DNA of 64,000 nt from Antechinus flavipes. Lineage: Eukaryota. The notes beneath the pieces are model-generated. The model ran no database searches. It saw only the letters and a list, made by a program, of their open reading frames with translations, and was not told the DNA's origin. A program made the translations under genes and the position numbers. Positions 30,665-47,233 of this stretch are shown one piece after another (within the stretch, counting starts at the first letter, position 1; the number at the start of each line of letters is the position of its first letter). The DNA lies in assembly GCF_016432865.1 (NCBI RefSeq), contig NC_067401.1, positions 30,628,001 through 30,692,000 of the forward strand, read 5' to 3'.

Positions 30665-32825
30665 CTGGGACGTGGGCACCTTTCCTCTTCTCTCTTCCTG
30701 GGAGGAACTCTTTTTCCCTCCACTCTGCGGGAGCCGTCCACATCAGTAGCCAATCCCTGCTCGACCCCCTGCCCTACATGAGAGTTACTTGAGAGGGCAA
30801 AGTCTGACTTGGGTTTCTTTTCTCCTTTTCCCATCCCTCCAAGATCCAGTAGGGAGAGCTGGGCAAAGTATATATGGGGAGGTCCGGGGAGTCCCCTGCC
30901 TGGAAGGGTAGAGCCGGGGCTAATCCCTTAAGGGGGGAACATCCTTGGGACACAGACCTGTGACACTGACCCTCCCGGTCACCCAGGCTCCTCAGCAGCT
31001 CTAGCCCATCCATGCACCAAAGGAGTCCCCAGCACCAAGCACGACATGTATCGAATGCCTGTGGCTCCCTGCAGCGGGGCAACTGCTGGTGAGAGATCCT
31101 TCTGGGAGGGATCGGGTGAGGAGGGGGTCCTTTGGGATGACAATTCCATGCCCAGGCCAGGCTAACCCCCCTCCCCACCCCCATCTAGCTACATTTGCTC
31201 TCTCTGAAGGCAGATGTCCACTTCCCTCTCACCCCCACCCCGACATTACTTAATTAAAATCCAAATGTAAGCAGAGAGAGCTGGGCAATTAGAATGCTCT
31301 CCCCATCTCTCCGCTTCCCAGCTGCTGCTGACAGCAGCTGGTCCATGGATGCTATGGTCCAGTTCACAGAGGGTTAACCTCCCCTTCCTACTCCCTCTCC
31401 TGACCCCCCACTCCCCCTGGACAAATTAATCTAGACCATGGCACTTCTGGGGCCAGAGGGAGAAAATATCATTTTTCCCCGCAGAGGGAATATTATTAAA
31501 GTAATAAAGAGAAATCCAGGGCTGAGCTTATCAGGATTTGAATTACAAGTGCTCTGAGCCGTGCTCCAAGGCCCACCTGACACCAGCTAGAGGATCCTAT
31601 ATACCAGGGGGTATGGGAAAGGGAGGGCGGTGTGCTTCAGCCCATCCATCAGCTGTAATACCAACTAATCTCCCAAATAAAACCAAACTCCTCTACCTTA
31701 ATCTGGAGCTGTTTTGCAAATGAGTGGCTGGGGGGTGGTGTGGTGGTGGTGGGGAAGGGGCCTCCTGGGAGTTTGTTCCATTGCTTAATCCCTTAATAGG
31801 GCCAGGTTACCACACAGATCCCTTAATATTGGAAGGGACTTGGGAGGATGTTTAATCAGAGAGGACAGGGCTCTGCTGGGTGGGTCTGAAGAAAAGCAGA
31901 GACGTTTTTTCCCATTATCACCTTCTCTAGTCCTTGTGAACCCCAAGGACACCCCACAGGGGGGCACATATCAGTTGCCTTGGCTTCCTTCAACCGAAGC
32001 CAAAGGAAGTACCTTCCTCTGATGTCCTTCCCCTGGAGATCTTGGATCGGGATGGTGGATCACAGGCGGACCGGTGCTGGCGGCCGACCTTCCTCCTCTC
32101 CTTGGGGGGAAGCATTTTCCCTCTGAAAATCAGAACCCTTCTCCCTTCCCAAAAGGTGGCAGAGAGTGGGGACAGTGGTTCAGTTTAAAGATGCTGTGCT
32201 GGGAATGGGAGGGAAGAGGAATTAATTCAGAAACGAAGGGGAGGGTGCAAAAGCTATGGCTGTTAGGCAGCCCAGGGACAAAGATCAAGCAGATCAGGAA
32301 AGGAGGCTGGAGGATCTCTCTCCTCACAGCACCCCGGATGACCTCAGGACACTGCTCAGTGATAAAACAACCCTCTGGGAACATAAGCCCACAAGAGCTA
32401 AACATCCAAACATTTTTGGACAGTTTTTATTTAAACATTTAAACTTTTAACAGGTTATATAAACCCTAACGCAACATGACAAAACAAACTGAAGACAGCA
32501 TTTAAGGACAGAAATTTCTTCTTTGAGCTCAACTCTGAGTGCAGCAGAACAGTTAATGTCTTCTTATTGGTGGGAACCTTCTTAGGTAACAGAGTAAGAA
32601 AAATGATTCTCTGAGAATACCCTTTGTATATACACACGTAAGTCCATCATATATATATATATGCACGTACACCATTTCTCATTCATTAAGAGACCACAAA
32701 GGCTACATTACACACAGCATACACAAAACCTGAAGATGTTCTCTTTGACACTTGTGCCAAGAACCACAATGAAATGCAAAAATCTTGCAATAAAAACCAG
32801 AGTTTATGAAAAAATGGCACGAAGG

Positions 32826-32969
32826 NNNNNNNNNNNNNNNNNNNNNNNNNNNNNNNNNNNNNNNNNNNNNNNNNNNNNNNNNNNNNNNNNNNNNNNNNNN
32901 NNNNNNNNNNNNNNNNNNNNNNNNNNNNNNNNNNNNNNNNNNNNNNNNNNNNNNNNNNNNNNNNNNNNN
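32826..32969. other. Assembly gap (144 N)
   Basis: Run of N within the probable TMEM199 3' UTR. Confidence 1.
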
Positions 32970-33667
32970 GTGACACCTGCAGATCCCATGGGGCCCAGGC
33001 TGGCCGAGCCCAGTTGCTTCTGGGGTTTCAGTGGATGGAAATTCCCGGGGTAGGGGTGGACCTTGCCCATAGAGGAAGATGGGGGAAGAGGTAGAGAGCA
33101 GCCCTCCTCAGCCTATAGCTCCCCCTGCACCATAAGATATAGGGCACTGCACCTTGAGAAAGACCTGAAGTTTGCCTGAGGAAGGAGGTGGTGGAAGGGT
33201 GGGTGCTTTTGAGTTAACCCGAAGAGGTGCAGTTTTCTGTCAGGTAAACTGGTACATAAGCAAACACAAAATCTGTGCTGGGCTCAAATTGCTCCCGAAT
33301 GTATCCATCAAAGTGGGACAAATTCACATTTTTCAAAACAAGCATCCAAGCACAAGGCTTTGTGTCCAGACTGGAGAAGATTCCCAGAAGCGATTTGCTC
33401 TGAACACAAGAGGAGCCAGAGCAGGGAGTTCTTGAGTGAAAAATGAACACGCAGGTTTTGCCTCTACTTCATCTCCCTTCCTCCCCCTTTCCCCCCCCCC
33501 CCCCCCCCATACACACACACTTCCCTTGGAAGCAGAGGACACAGTGCTTTGAAGGCAGGAAGCCTCAAAGACACTGAAGGCAGGGAAACAGATACAGACA
33601 TACAAAGTGGGTGAAAGGAAGGACCAGAAATCTGAAGGTCAATATAAAGGCAGAAACTAAAGCCAAT

Positions 33668-33810
33668 TCTTTTTTCTTTTTTTTGCCAAGGCAATTGGGG
33701 TTAAGTGACAGGCCCAGGGTCACACAGCTAGGAAGTCTTAAGTGTCTGAAGTTGGATTTGGATTCAGGTCCTCCTGACTTTAAGGCCAGCACTCTACCCA
33801 CTGTGCCATC
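33668..33810 (-). mobile_element. WSINE1-like short SINE in the TMEM199 3' UTR
   Basis: Reverse complement of GGACAGTTTGATGGCACAGTGGGTAGAGTGCTGG...GAAT CCAAATCC...CTAGCTGTGTGACCCTGG...AACCCCAATTGCCT plus an A-tail. Confidence 0.75.
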
Positions 33811-34117
33811 AAACTGTCCCGAAAAACCTATTCTTTTGCAAGGTCCTGGCCAGAGGCTGCATTTGAAGGTTTTCTTGGCTGTTCCTCTTCAGTCTGAGTG
33901 GGTACCACCTTAGTCCTGCAGTGTGGGGATGTGGGTCCGATTTGGGGATGAGAGCAGCCCGGCCCTCTTCCCTGGACCTTTCCACAAGGCCGTGGTGTAG
34001 AGGAGCTCGGCCCTGCACTGGGCAGTGGCAGGCAGGCCTGGGTCCTGAAGTTGGGCTGAGCACAGTCCCCCCGGGGGCCTCCTGGAACCCACCTGGGATC
34101 AGAGTGGCTCTCAGTGG

Positions 34118-38538
<4,421 letters not shown>

Positions 38539-38756
38539 GTTGGTCGGGCGGGGTCAGGTGATCGGAGGCAGAGCCTCCTAGAATTTCCGGGGAGGCCTAG
38601 AGCGGCTGCGGCTGCGGGGCGGAGAGTGGCGCGCGGGGCCTTGTGGGCCGGGGGCGGGGCGCGGTTGAGGCGGCTCGCTGGGCCCCTCATTGGCGTCGGC
38701 GTCCGCTTCTGTGACCGTGACCGAATCCGCGCGTCCGCGGCGGCCCAGGCGCCGAC

Positions 38757-41700
38757 ATGGCGGGCTGTGTGGCCCGACGGGCCCTGGCCGTGGGCGGTCG
38801 CTGCTGCTGCTGGTGGTCCCGGCCGCTGGCGGGGGCTCGGGTGCTGCGGCCCCTCGCGACCTTCCCCCCGGCTCCCCCGGCCTCGGCCGCGGCGCGGAGA
38901 CACCTCTCGTCCCGGTGAGGGGGGCAGAGCGCGGGGGGGAGGGGAGAGGGACGGAGGCGGGGGCCCCTTCCCTGAGAAGTAGTTTACGGGGTTTGTGTTT
39001 CGGGGCCGGTGGAAAGTAAGCTCCTCGAGGACAGAGCCTGTGAGCCCTCTGGGAACGGGAGCCGTCTGTTAGCGGCTTTCTGCCCCAATGGCCCCATCTC
39101 AGCCACCGGCGCGCAGAGAGGGAGCTCCTGGGGGGCAGAGCGCCCAGACCAGAGCCCGGACCGGACAGTAATGGAGGGGAGAGAGGAAGCTCCCTGAGGG
39201 GAGGGCTCCTGCTTTTCTCCTTTCATCCCTGGTGCCTGAGCCCGAGCCCGGACCGGACAGTAATGGAGGGGAGAGAGGAGGCTCCCTGAGGGGAGGGCTC
39301 CTGCTTTTGTCCTTTTATCCCTGGTGCCTGAGCCCGAGCCCGGACCGGACAGTAATGGAGGGGAGAGAGGAAGCTCCCTGAGGGGAGGGCTCCTGCTTTT
39401 GCCTCTACATGGCCCATATTAGCAACAAGAAGAGTTTAGTTTTGAGGTTTAGACTCACAGAAGGTTGGTGCTGGCCCCCCAGCCCAGCCTGTCGCACAAG
39501 GCCCAGGGAGGGAGCTCTGTGGGGTGGGGACTTGTGTTTTTACAAGTGAGGATCGCAGAGCTACTTCTCCCTTGTGAGTCAGCCCGTCAGTGTGTGCGCC
39601 TGGCCCAGTCGGACGGAAGCATTTGTGTAAGGCCTCCAGGTTCGGCCCGGGCTGACTGCTAGGGTTAGAGAGCCCCGGGGGCTGGTGCTCGGGGGGCTGG
39701 AGAGCCAACAAGGTGTGAGCGCCCTGTCTGGGCTCCTGTTCAGACATCTGGCCCCTCCTCCGTGCCAGGCCCTGTCCCAGGTACCGGGCTTACCGAGAAA
39801 CGTAGCGTACCAGTGAGTGGTGCACAGGAGCCCGTGGGGGAGGCTTCTTGTGGAAGGTGGGCGTCACCCCGGGCCTCCAAGGAAGAGGTTCCCAGGACGG
39901 GACGGCCGGCGCGTGGTCAGGCTCTGTTCCTTAGGCTCAGAGTCTCCATTCATTTCTCCCGATGGAGGGACCCTCCCCACCCCCCACGCTCTTCACTTTT
40001 GTGCTCTTCTTCTCAGAAACCGACCAGAGGGCAAAGTGTTGGAAACAGTTGGTGTCTTTGAGGTGCCAAAGCAGAACGGAAAATACGAGACGGGCCAGGT
40101 GAGCGGGGGCGCGGCGGGGGGCATCAGTGTGTGGGCGCGGCCAGGGCGTCGGTGCGTGGGGACGGGGGCGTCGGTGCGTGGGGACGGGCTCCGGAGGGGG
40201 GACAGACGAGGGGGGGTCCCCGCTTCTCTCGGGGTAGTTGGCAGCAGGGAGTCTGAGGAGCTGGTGGAGGAGGGGGGATGTCGGCCCCCACGGGGCAGCT
40301 GTCTCCCGTCGTGCTCCTGCCGATGGAGTGTCTGGGGCCGAGCAGCCGCAGGCTCACCGCCCGCTTTCTCCTGCAGCTCTTTCTTCATAGCATATTTGGG
40401 TACCGAGGGGTCGTCCTGTTTCCCTGGCAGGCCAGGCTGTATGACCGGGATGTGGCTTCCACCGCTCCAGAAAAGTGAGTCTCCTGCCTGTTTGTGCCTC
40501 ATGAGCGCCCCGGGGAGTCCGCAGGGAGCAGCAAAGCCCTTAGTAATGAGTCCCCGGGAGAGGAGGCCCGAGTGATCCGCTGGCGCCCCTGAGTGGCGGG
40601 GACCAGAGCGCCGAGGGCCAGAAGCCAGGAGGAGCCCCCGGGGAGCACGCGCCGGATCCCCTGCAGTCCTTGCTTCTAGCTGAGGGATCCCAGCGCGAAA
40701 GTGCCTTCGGGGGGAGGAGCCCCTGGGGGGCCGCGTCCTCAGCTCGCCCCCAGCTCTGCGCCCCGCGGCCCTGAGACCGCTGTCTCATACCCAGAACGGA
40801 GAACCCCGCTGGCCACGGCTCCAAGGAGGTGAAAGGCAAGACCCACACGTACTACCAGGTGCTGATCGATGCCCGGGACTGCCCTCACATAGTAAGTGGC
40901 CGGGATGTCAGCCGGCGCAGCCTCGGGGCAGGGCCTGGCAGGGCGCGGGGGGAGGCGGAGGCTGTGGTCCTGCCTGCATCCGAGACCAGACAGGAAGCCC
41001 CTCGCCTCACTTTGTCCTTCCTCAGTCTCAGAGATCTCAGACAGAAGCTGTGACGTTCCTGGCCAATCACGATGACAGTCGAGCCCTCTACGCCATACCA
41101 GGTAGGGGATGGGGGGCTGGGAAGGAGCCTCGGGGAGGGCAGGATCAGCCCAAGGTGGTTCTGATTTCATCTCGGGGGAGTCGCTGCCCAGGACTCGGGC
41201 TCGGCCAGAGCAGCGAGCGTCTCTGTGCTGGGAGCCGAGTCTGTGTCTGTGGCAATGACGGGAAGGAGGGGCAGGGAGCGATGGGCACGGACCGCGGCTC
41301 GGCCGGTCCCCCTGGGCCCAGGCTGGGCAGCTCTGCCCTGTGACGGGCCCTTCTGGGGGCTCAGCGCTGGCTTTTTCCCTAGGATTGGACTATGTTAGCC
41401 ACGAAGACATCCTCCCCTACAGCTCCACTGACCAGGTCCCCATCCAGCATGAGCTGTTTGAAAGGTTTCTCCTCTACGAGCAGTCCAAAGGTACTGACCC
41501 CTAAGCAGACAAGTGGGGCTCAGGCTTGTCCCCGGGCCCCGGGGTCCGGAGGCAGGGAGGAGTGGGGGGAGACCCTTCTGGGCTGGGCTGAGAGTGGAGC
41601 CCGCGGGTCAGCTGGCGGGTCCGCTCCTCTCCCAGTTCCGCCCTTTGTGGCTCGGGAGACCCTTCGTGCTTGGCAGGAGAAGAATCACCCCTGGCTGGAG

Positions 41701-43605
41701 CTGTCAGATGTCCACCGGGAAACCACCGAGAACATCCGTGTCACTGTCATCCCCTTCTACATGGGTATGCGGGTACGTGTCCCCCGGGCATCCGCGAGCT
41801 GGGCCGCGGCTTCACTGCCCCAGAAGGGGCCTCTCCTGGGGCTGCCCCTCCCCCCAGCTGTCCGGCCCTCCTGTGTGTGGCAGAGGGCCCCTGGGGTCAC
41901 CAGGGCGGGGGGCACCTCGTCCTGCCCGAGCCGCGCTTTGTCTCCCCACGGCCACAGAAGCTTGGGCTGCCTCTGGGTGACGCCGTCGGGAGGGGTCTGG
42001 GGTTGCCCCTCCCTGCCCTGTCCCTGAGGGGCTGGGGGAGGGGCCGTCAGCCTCCCCTCTGGTGCCTGCCCCGAGCTCCCCCTGAGCAGACGCTGCCCCC
42101 GCTGCCGCCCTCACGACCTTTGTGCTTCTCTCCTCAGGAGGCCCAGAATTCCCATGTTTACTGGGTAAGAGGCTTTGTTTCCGTGGGGCCTCCAGGGCGG
42201 GGGTGGGGGTGCTGGGGGGGCGATGGAGGGAAGGGGCTGCGGGGCTTGGGCTAGCCCGCTGCTTGTCCCCTGGTCCTGAGCCGCCTCCTCTCCTCGGGCA
42301 GTGGCGCTACTGCATCCGTTTGGAAAACCTGGACAGTGACGTCGTGCAGCTTCGGGAGCGTCACTGGAGGATATTCAGCTTGTCGGGCACGTTGGAGACG
42401 GTGCGAGGCCGAGGTGTGGTGGGCAGGGTAAGGCGGAGCCCCCTCCTGGGCTTGTCCCGGGCCTAGTTCCTCGTCCTCCCCGCTCGCTTCCTCTTTGTAA
42501 GTTGTGTTGGGGGTGTTGGGGAGTCGGGCGACAGCTCCTGGCAGACACTTTACCCTTGTCTGGGCGGGGTTGGCACCCGAGATCTCGTCAGGAATTCGCT
42601 GAGGCCGTCGGCCAGGTCAGTTCAGCTGCCCCGAGGGGAGGCACCTGCCCCTGGACGGGGTGGACCAGCGTGTCCACTCCTTTGGCGAAAACTCTCTGGG
42701 GCCAAAGGCAAGGGCTCCAGGAGAGCTGGGTCGTGCTAGCTTAAGTGGACAGCAAGGACAGAGGAGAGAGGTCCTGTACGAGGGTCCCCTGCTCCTTCCT
42801 CTCAGTGTTTGTGAGCCCTCCCGTGATTCTGCCTTTTCTCTCGGACCCCCCAGGAGCCTGTCTTATCCAAAGAACAGCCCGCTTTCCAGTACAGCAGCCA
42901 TGTCTCCCTGCAAGCTTCCAGTGGGCACATGTGGTGAGTGAGCCCCCCTTCCAGGCCCAGCCACCAGCCTGGGTCCTGCCCTCCCTCCTGGGCTCCGCTC
43001 GGGCCTTCCTGCTGACTGGTTGTGAGTCCTAGTGGGGGAGGGGAGGATGGCCCAAGACCTGCTCCTCCTCGGCAGGTTTCCGGGCCCTGCTAGTTGGCTT
43101 GAGTCTTGGGCCAAGGCTGGGGCCGCAGTCCAGCAGTCCAGGGCAGGCCCCCCGTGGAGGGCAGGGGAAGCCCATAGTGTTTCTAAATGCATTTACTGCC
43201 TGGGACTTGAAAGGGAAAGAATTACATTGAAATACAGTTGTTACAGGGACCCCAGGTGAAGAACCTTTGCCCCAGAACCCAGTCAGGGAGGCGTGCTTGC
43301 TGTGGAGCCTAGGATTGGTTAAGCTCCTTGTGCACTTTGTGTACTTCTGAATCTCTTCCCCCCTTCTGGGGAGCGAGAGCTTCAGGCTGCTTTTTCCCAT
43401 ACTGATTGTAGAGCCAAGAGCGCGGGGTTCCCAAATAGCACGAGGGGTGCGGACAGAGGTCCTCGAGCCGGATTCCTTCTTGTCTTCCAGGGGCACCTTC
43501 CGCTTTGAGAGGCCCGATGGGTCTCACTTCGACGTCCGAATTCCCCCCTTCTCCCTGGAGAGCAATAAGGACGAGAAAACGCCCCCGTCCGGCCTGCACT
43601 GGTAG
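38757..43605 (+). CDS. POLDIP2: DNA polymerase delta-interacting protein 2 (PDIP38; YccV-like plus ApaG/DUF525 domains), 11 exons, 367 aa
   Basis: Exons 38757-38914, 40017-40098, 40377-40474, 40795-40891, 41026-41101, 41383-41490, 41636-41772, 42138-42164, 42302-42427, 42854-42933, 43491-43605; total 1104 nt. Motifs NRPEGKVLETVGVF, THTYYQVLIDARDCPHI, WRYCIRLENL, RGRGVVG, PPFSLESNKDEKTPPSGLHW*. AATAAA at 43921 and 44687. Confidence 0.98.
39152..39400. repeat. 92-bp tandem repeat, about 2.7 copies, in POLDIP2 intron 1
   Basis: GAGCCCGGACCGGACAGTAATGGAGGGGAGAGAGG... recurs at 39152, 39244 and 39336 with few mismatches. Confidence 0.95.
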
Positions 43606-44686
43606 AGCAGCTCTGGATCCACGTCTGGCCGTGGCCGCCGAATAGTGACTTTCCATCTCCCAGTGGCAGCAGAACATTGGGCTCTCCCTTCACTTCTCAT
43701 GGGCCACCATGGGTTTGGCGTCTCTTATAGTTTGTTCCATTTGGTTGTGGTTTTTTTTGAGTTGTGTAACTATTTTCTCTAAAGACCCACATTGGGCTCC
43801 TCTAAAATCAGCCTGCCCTGCCCTCCTCACACCATGTTGCGGTAAACCTTCCCAAGCAGGAGACAGGAGGGCTGTCCCCCCGCCCATTCTATGAGTTGCT
43901 TCGGAGTGTGAGGTTTGGTCAATAAATCAGTGCACGCCTGGCCACCCTCTCCATTTCTGCATCACGTCACTGGCTCACCCCCCGCTCTCTGCGGCCACCA
44001 TGACCTCTGAGCACTGTCGGTTTCCCAGCACCCTTTCCCCAGGGGGAACTCGGGCCTGACTTGAGCATCTCTCCATCCTCTAGCTTGGGCCCTCTGTTAT
44101 GTACCGTCTGACCTGGCCGTTCCTGGCCTTGGTCGTTATTGTGGACCGAGTATGGACCTGGGTGAGAGAGCTCTCCCGTCTCTTCAGTTTGTGGAAACAG
44201 CAAGATGGAAGCATGGAAGGGAGGGGACTGGTCTGGCCTTAGACACCACCCCCCTGCCTAAAAAAGGCTTTTGAGGACACAGATCACCCCAGGTGACTGG
44301 GTCACTGTGGAAAGTAATTATAAAAAGGGGTCCTGGGCTTAACTCAGATTTATGTTAGGATTGACAGAAAACTGGTCCCAGAGGCCTCTGCTGAGAACTT
44401 TTCTGTCTTGTCTGAAAGGTGAAGAAGTGGATTTTTCTAAGGAAAGGAGAAGCAGGAGTGCCTGTCCCAGCAGCAGAGCTCCTTGTCCTGGTGAAGTTGC
44501 TTAGATTGTTAGGATGAAAGGACCAACATGGCCCATTTTAGGAGTTTAAAAAAAAAAAAAAAAGGTTGCTGCTCAAACTGAGGTGCACCTGCCGCGATGT
44601 ACCCCAACCACACTGGGTTTGGGTTCCAGAAAGGAAATGCAGTAATTTATCCCAAACCAAGACCTGGCCACGCCGCATCTCACATA

Positions 44687-44727
44687 AATAAATTCCCATT
44701 CAATTTACAGTGTAACGGGATTTTATT
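44687..44727. terminator. Paired convergent poly(A) signals (POLDIP2 distal +, TNFAIP1 -)
   Basis: AATAAA on + at 44687-44692 and TTTATT (AATAAA on -) at 44722-44727. Confidence 0.6.
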
Positions 44728-47233
44728 AAAAATTAGTGTTTTCTTCCATAGCCTGTGCTAATAGGGGAGCAGAAATAATTGCCATTTAAAAGGTTAGTGA
44801 GAAAACTAAAAGACCCTCATCGAGCCAAGGGCCTGCCTGACCTTTGAGGCAGAGAAGGGAACCATAGACCTCCCTTGGAGCCGGAAGCAGCCTGATTGTA
44901 CAATCCATAAAGAGACCCTCCCACCCACACCAGCTGCCTATTAGCTGGCTGCTGGGTTACAATTAAACTGCCCAAATGGGGTCTGAAGTTTCAGGTAGTG
45001 TCTTAGGGCAAGGGTGGTAAATATCAGTACCACCCCTGAGCTTCCACCACACCACACCCAAATCTTTTAACCCCTGGGTGTATGTTAGGGGAAGGTCATC
45101 CAGTTCTGATTAAAAAAAAAACCCAAAATAACAAAACACCAACACAAACAGCAGCTTAAAGAAAGGACAGTCATTTCCAAAGTGCCATATAAAACGTTAA
45201 CTCCAAAGCCACTTGGGGTAGAGCTGAGGGTTGGGGGGGGGGGGGCCATGGTGGCAAATTCTGCAGCCAAGTAGTGATTGTCTCCGACCTGTGTTTTTCA
45301 TTTGCTCTGGCTGCTCAAGTTAAAAGTTCCCATGGCTAAGAGATGAGTAACTTAAGGATTTCCTGGTGAACACTTGAAAAATATATCTACTTTCTGAATG
45401 TGGCCTTAGTGCCTCCTAAAGGAAATTCAATTACTTTTTGCCTACAGCTAGTGTTTCTGGTAAAAGCAGCAGTGGTCCTTTCAACAGACCAAGTTTTCTG
45501 ATAGTCTCATCCAGGGCAATGTAAGATGCCCAGTAATTTCTATGTGAGAAAGCTAGGGGAAAAAAAAAGGGGTGATGACATAACTGCAGAGCCCCTCCTG
45601 TCCAGGCTCCTCTTGAGGACTAGAGCAGCGAGTGGAAGCTGAAAGAGAGGCTCCAGCAGCCCAGCACAGACGGGCTTCCACCTATTGTAAAAAAAGGTTT
45701 TCACCCTGAAGACTAAAGAAGGGAGAACATGGACAACCTTGAAAAATAAATTATTGTGTATTTTAGCCTCTTGAAAAATCAGATCATACTTGAAAGACCC
45801 TAGTGTAGAGTGAGGCGGATTTGATCACCACTGGCAACTCTTTCGCTGAAAAGTGAATGTGGATTTGTCCTGCCCCGAGGAAGGGCAGAACTAGGTGGCT
45901 GGGCAGGTGCCATTCAGAGGCTGCATGCAAGACTGAGTAACTGGAGCAAGTGCCACCTTTTTACCATCCTTACTTTGGGTTCCTACAAGCCTCCACTGAC
46001 TTAAGAAATAGAATATTAGCAGGAAAGACTGATGAGAAGAATTGATTGGAAAACCCATCCCCTGGGAGGAAGAAGGCACTGCTTCTTGTACATTCTGGGA
46101 AAAAATTCTGAAAGACGGACAGTCTAACTGAACCAAGTAGGAAACGTGAGGCCCACAGTCCCATCCAGGACCAGTCTACATTGCCATGGCCTAGCTGTGA
46201 AGGTTCCACAAGCTGAATGACTGAGCAGAAGGGACCAGTGTCAAAAGAACCCAGCCCCTCCCATTGTGCGATATTGCTCTGCTAAGACCAAAGTGGGGCC
46301 GGGGCTAATGCTTGCCACCGGACTCAGAGGCCTGCCCACTGACTGTTTGCTGAAGGATGTTTGTGGGACCAAGTCCCTTTCCAGCTGGACTCACTAGTGT
46401 CACAGCCTGAGAATTTGGCCTTTTCTCAGATTTCTCAGGCCCTGGGCAGTCTGACCCTGTTGTCCTTTTTTAGTGTTTCATTTCACCCATGGGACCTGAC
46501 TTGTACTTTCTTTTTCTCTCATGGTGTGGTCCTAGGACAGGGGTCAGGATTAGGATGGGGAAAAAAAAAGGAAAACATGGGAAGATTAATCCTACTTGTT
46601 TTTCTGGTGAATTTGATGAATTTGGACTGATGTCTTTTTGCAAAAGAATTAGAAGAACTCTGAAAAAACTGCACCAATGACCTAAGAGAACAGGGGCCCT
46701 CCAGGTCATGGAATTTAAGATACCTCATACAAAAAACTGCTGCTTATCCCTGTGACCGGAAATTTCTTAGTGGACCATTCTAGAACCCGAATCCTCAGCC
46801 CCCTTCTCAATCCTAGAAATAGGCTCTGAAGAAGTGCCCCACCCCCACACTTTTTGGGAAGAGCAAGAAGATCCGTTAAAAGAGTATGAGAGAGTAAAAG
46901 GAAGAACCAAAGTCTAGAGGGTCTGCTTCAGGATGCTCAGCCTACAAGGCTGGGATCTGTTGAACAGTGCCCCAGGGCCATTGAGGCGTAAGACCAGGCA
47001 GGTGTGGAAAAGGGCTAACTGGGCCATTGGTGAGCCCGGCTCAGTCCCCTTGGGCAAAAGCAGGAGAGTGGGAGGAAGGCCTGTCCCCCTCCCAGCCCCC
47101 TGAGCCTCTCTGGAGACCTCTGTCCCACCCCTGAGGGCCGAGGTGGACGCTCACCCAATAAGGGTCGCTGGTTTGGATGCACCAGGGAGAAGGGGGGGCC
47201 TAGGCTGTCTGGGTCCCATTGCCCTGAGGGCCG

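Noticed and set aside
39817-42466. Many long overlapping ORFs across POLDIP2
   Set aside because: Each is a real exon extended into GC-rich intron, or an antisense shadow of one.
44730-47230. Possible miRNA seed matches in the TNFAIP1 3' UTR (e.g. GCACTTT near 45180)
   Set aside because: Single 7-mers are expected by chance in 2.5 kb and cannot be supported without conservation data.
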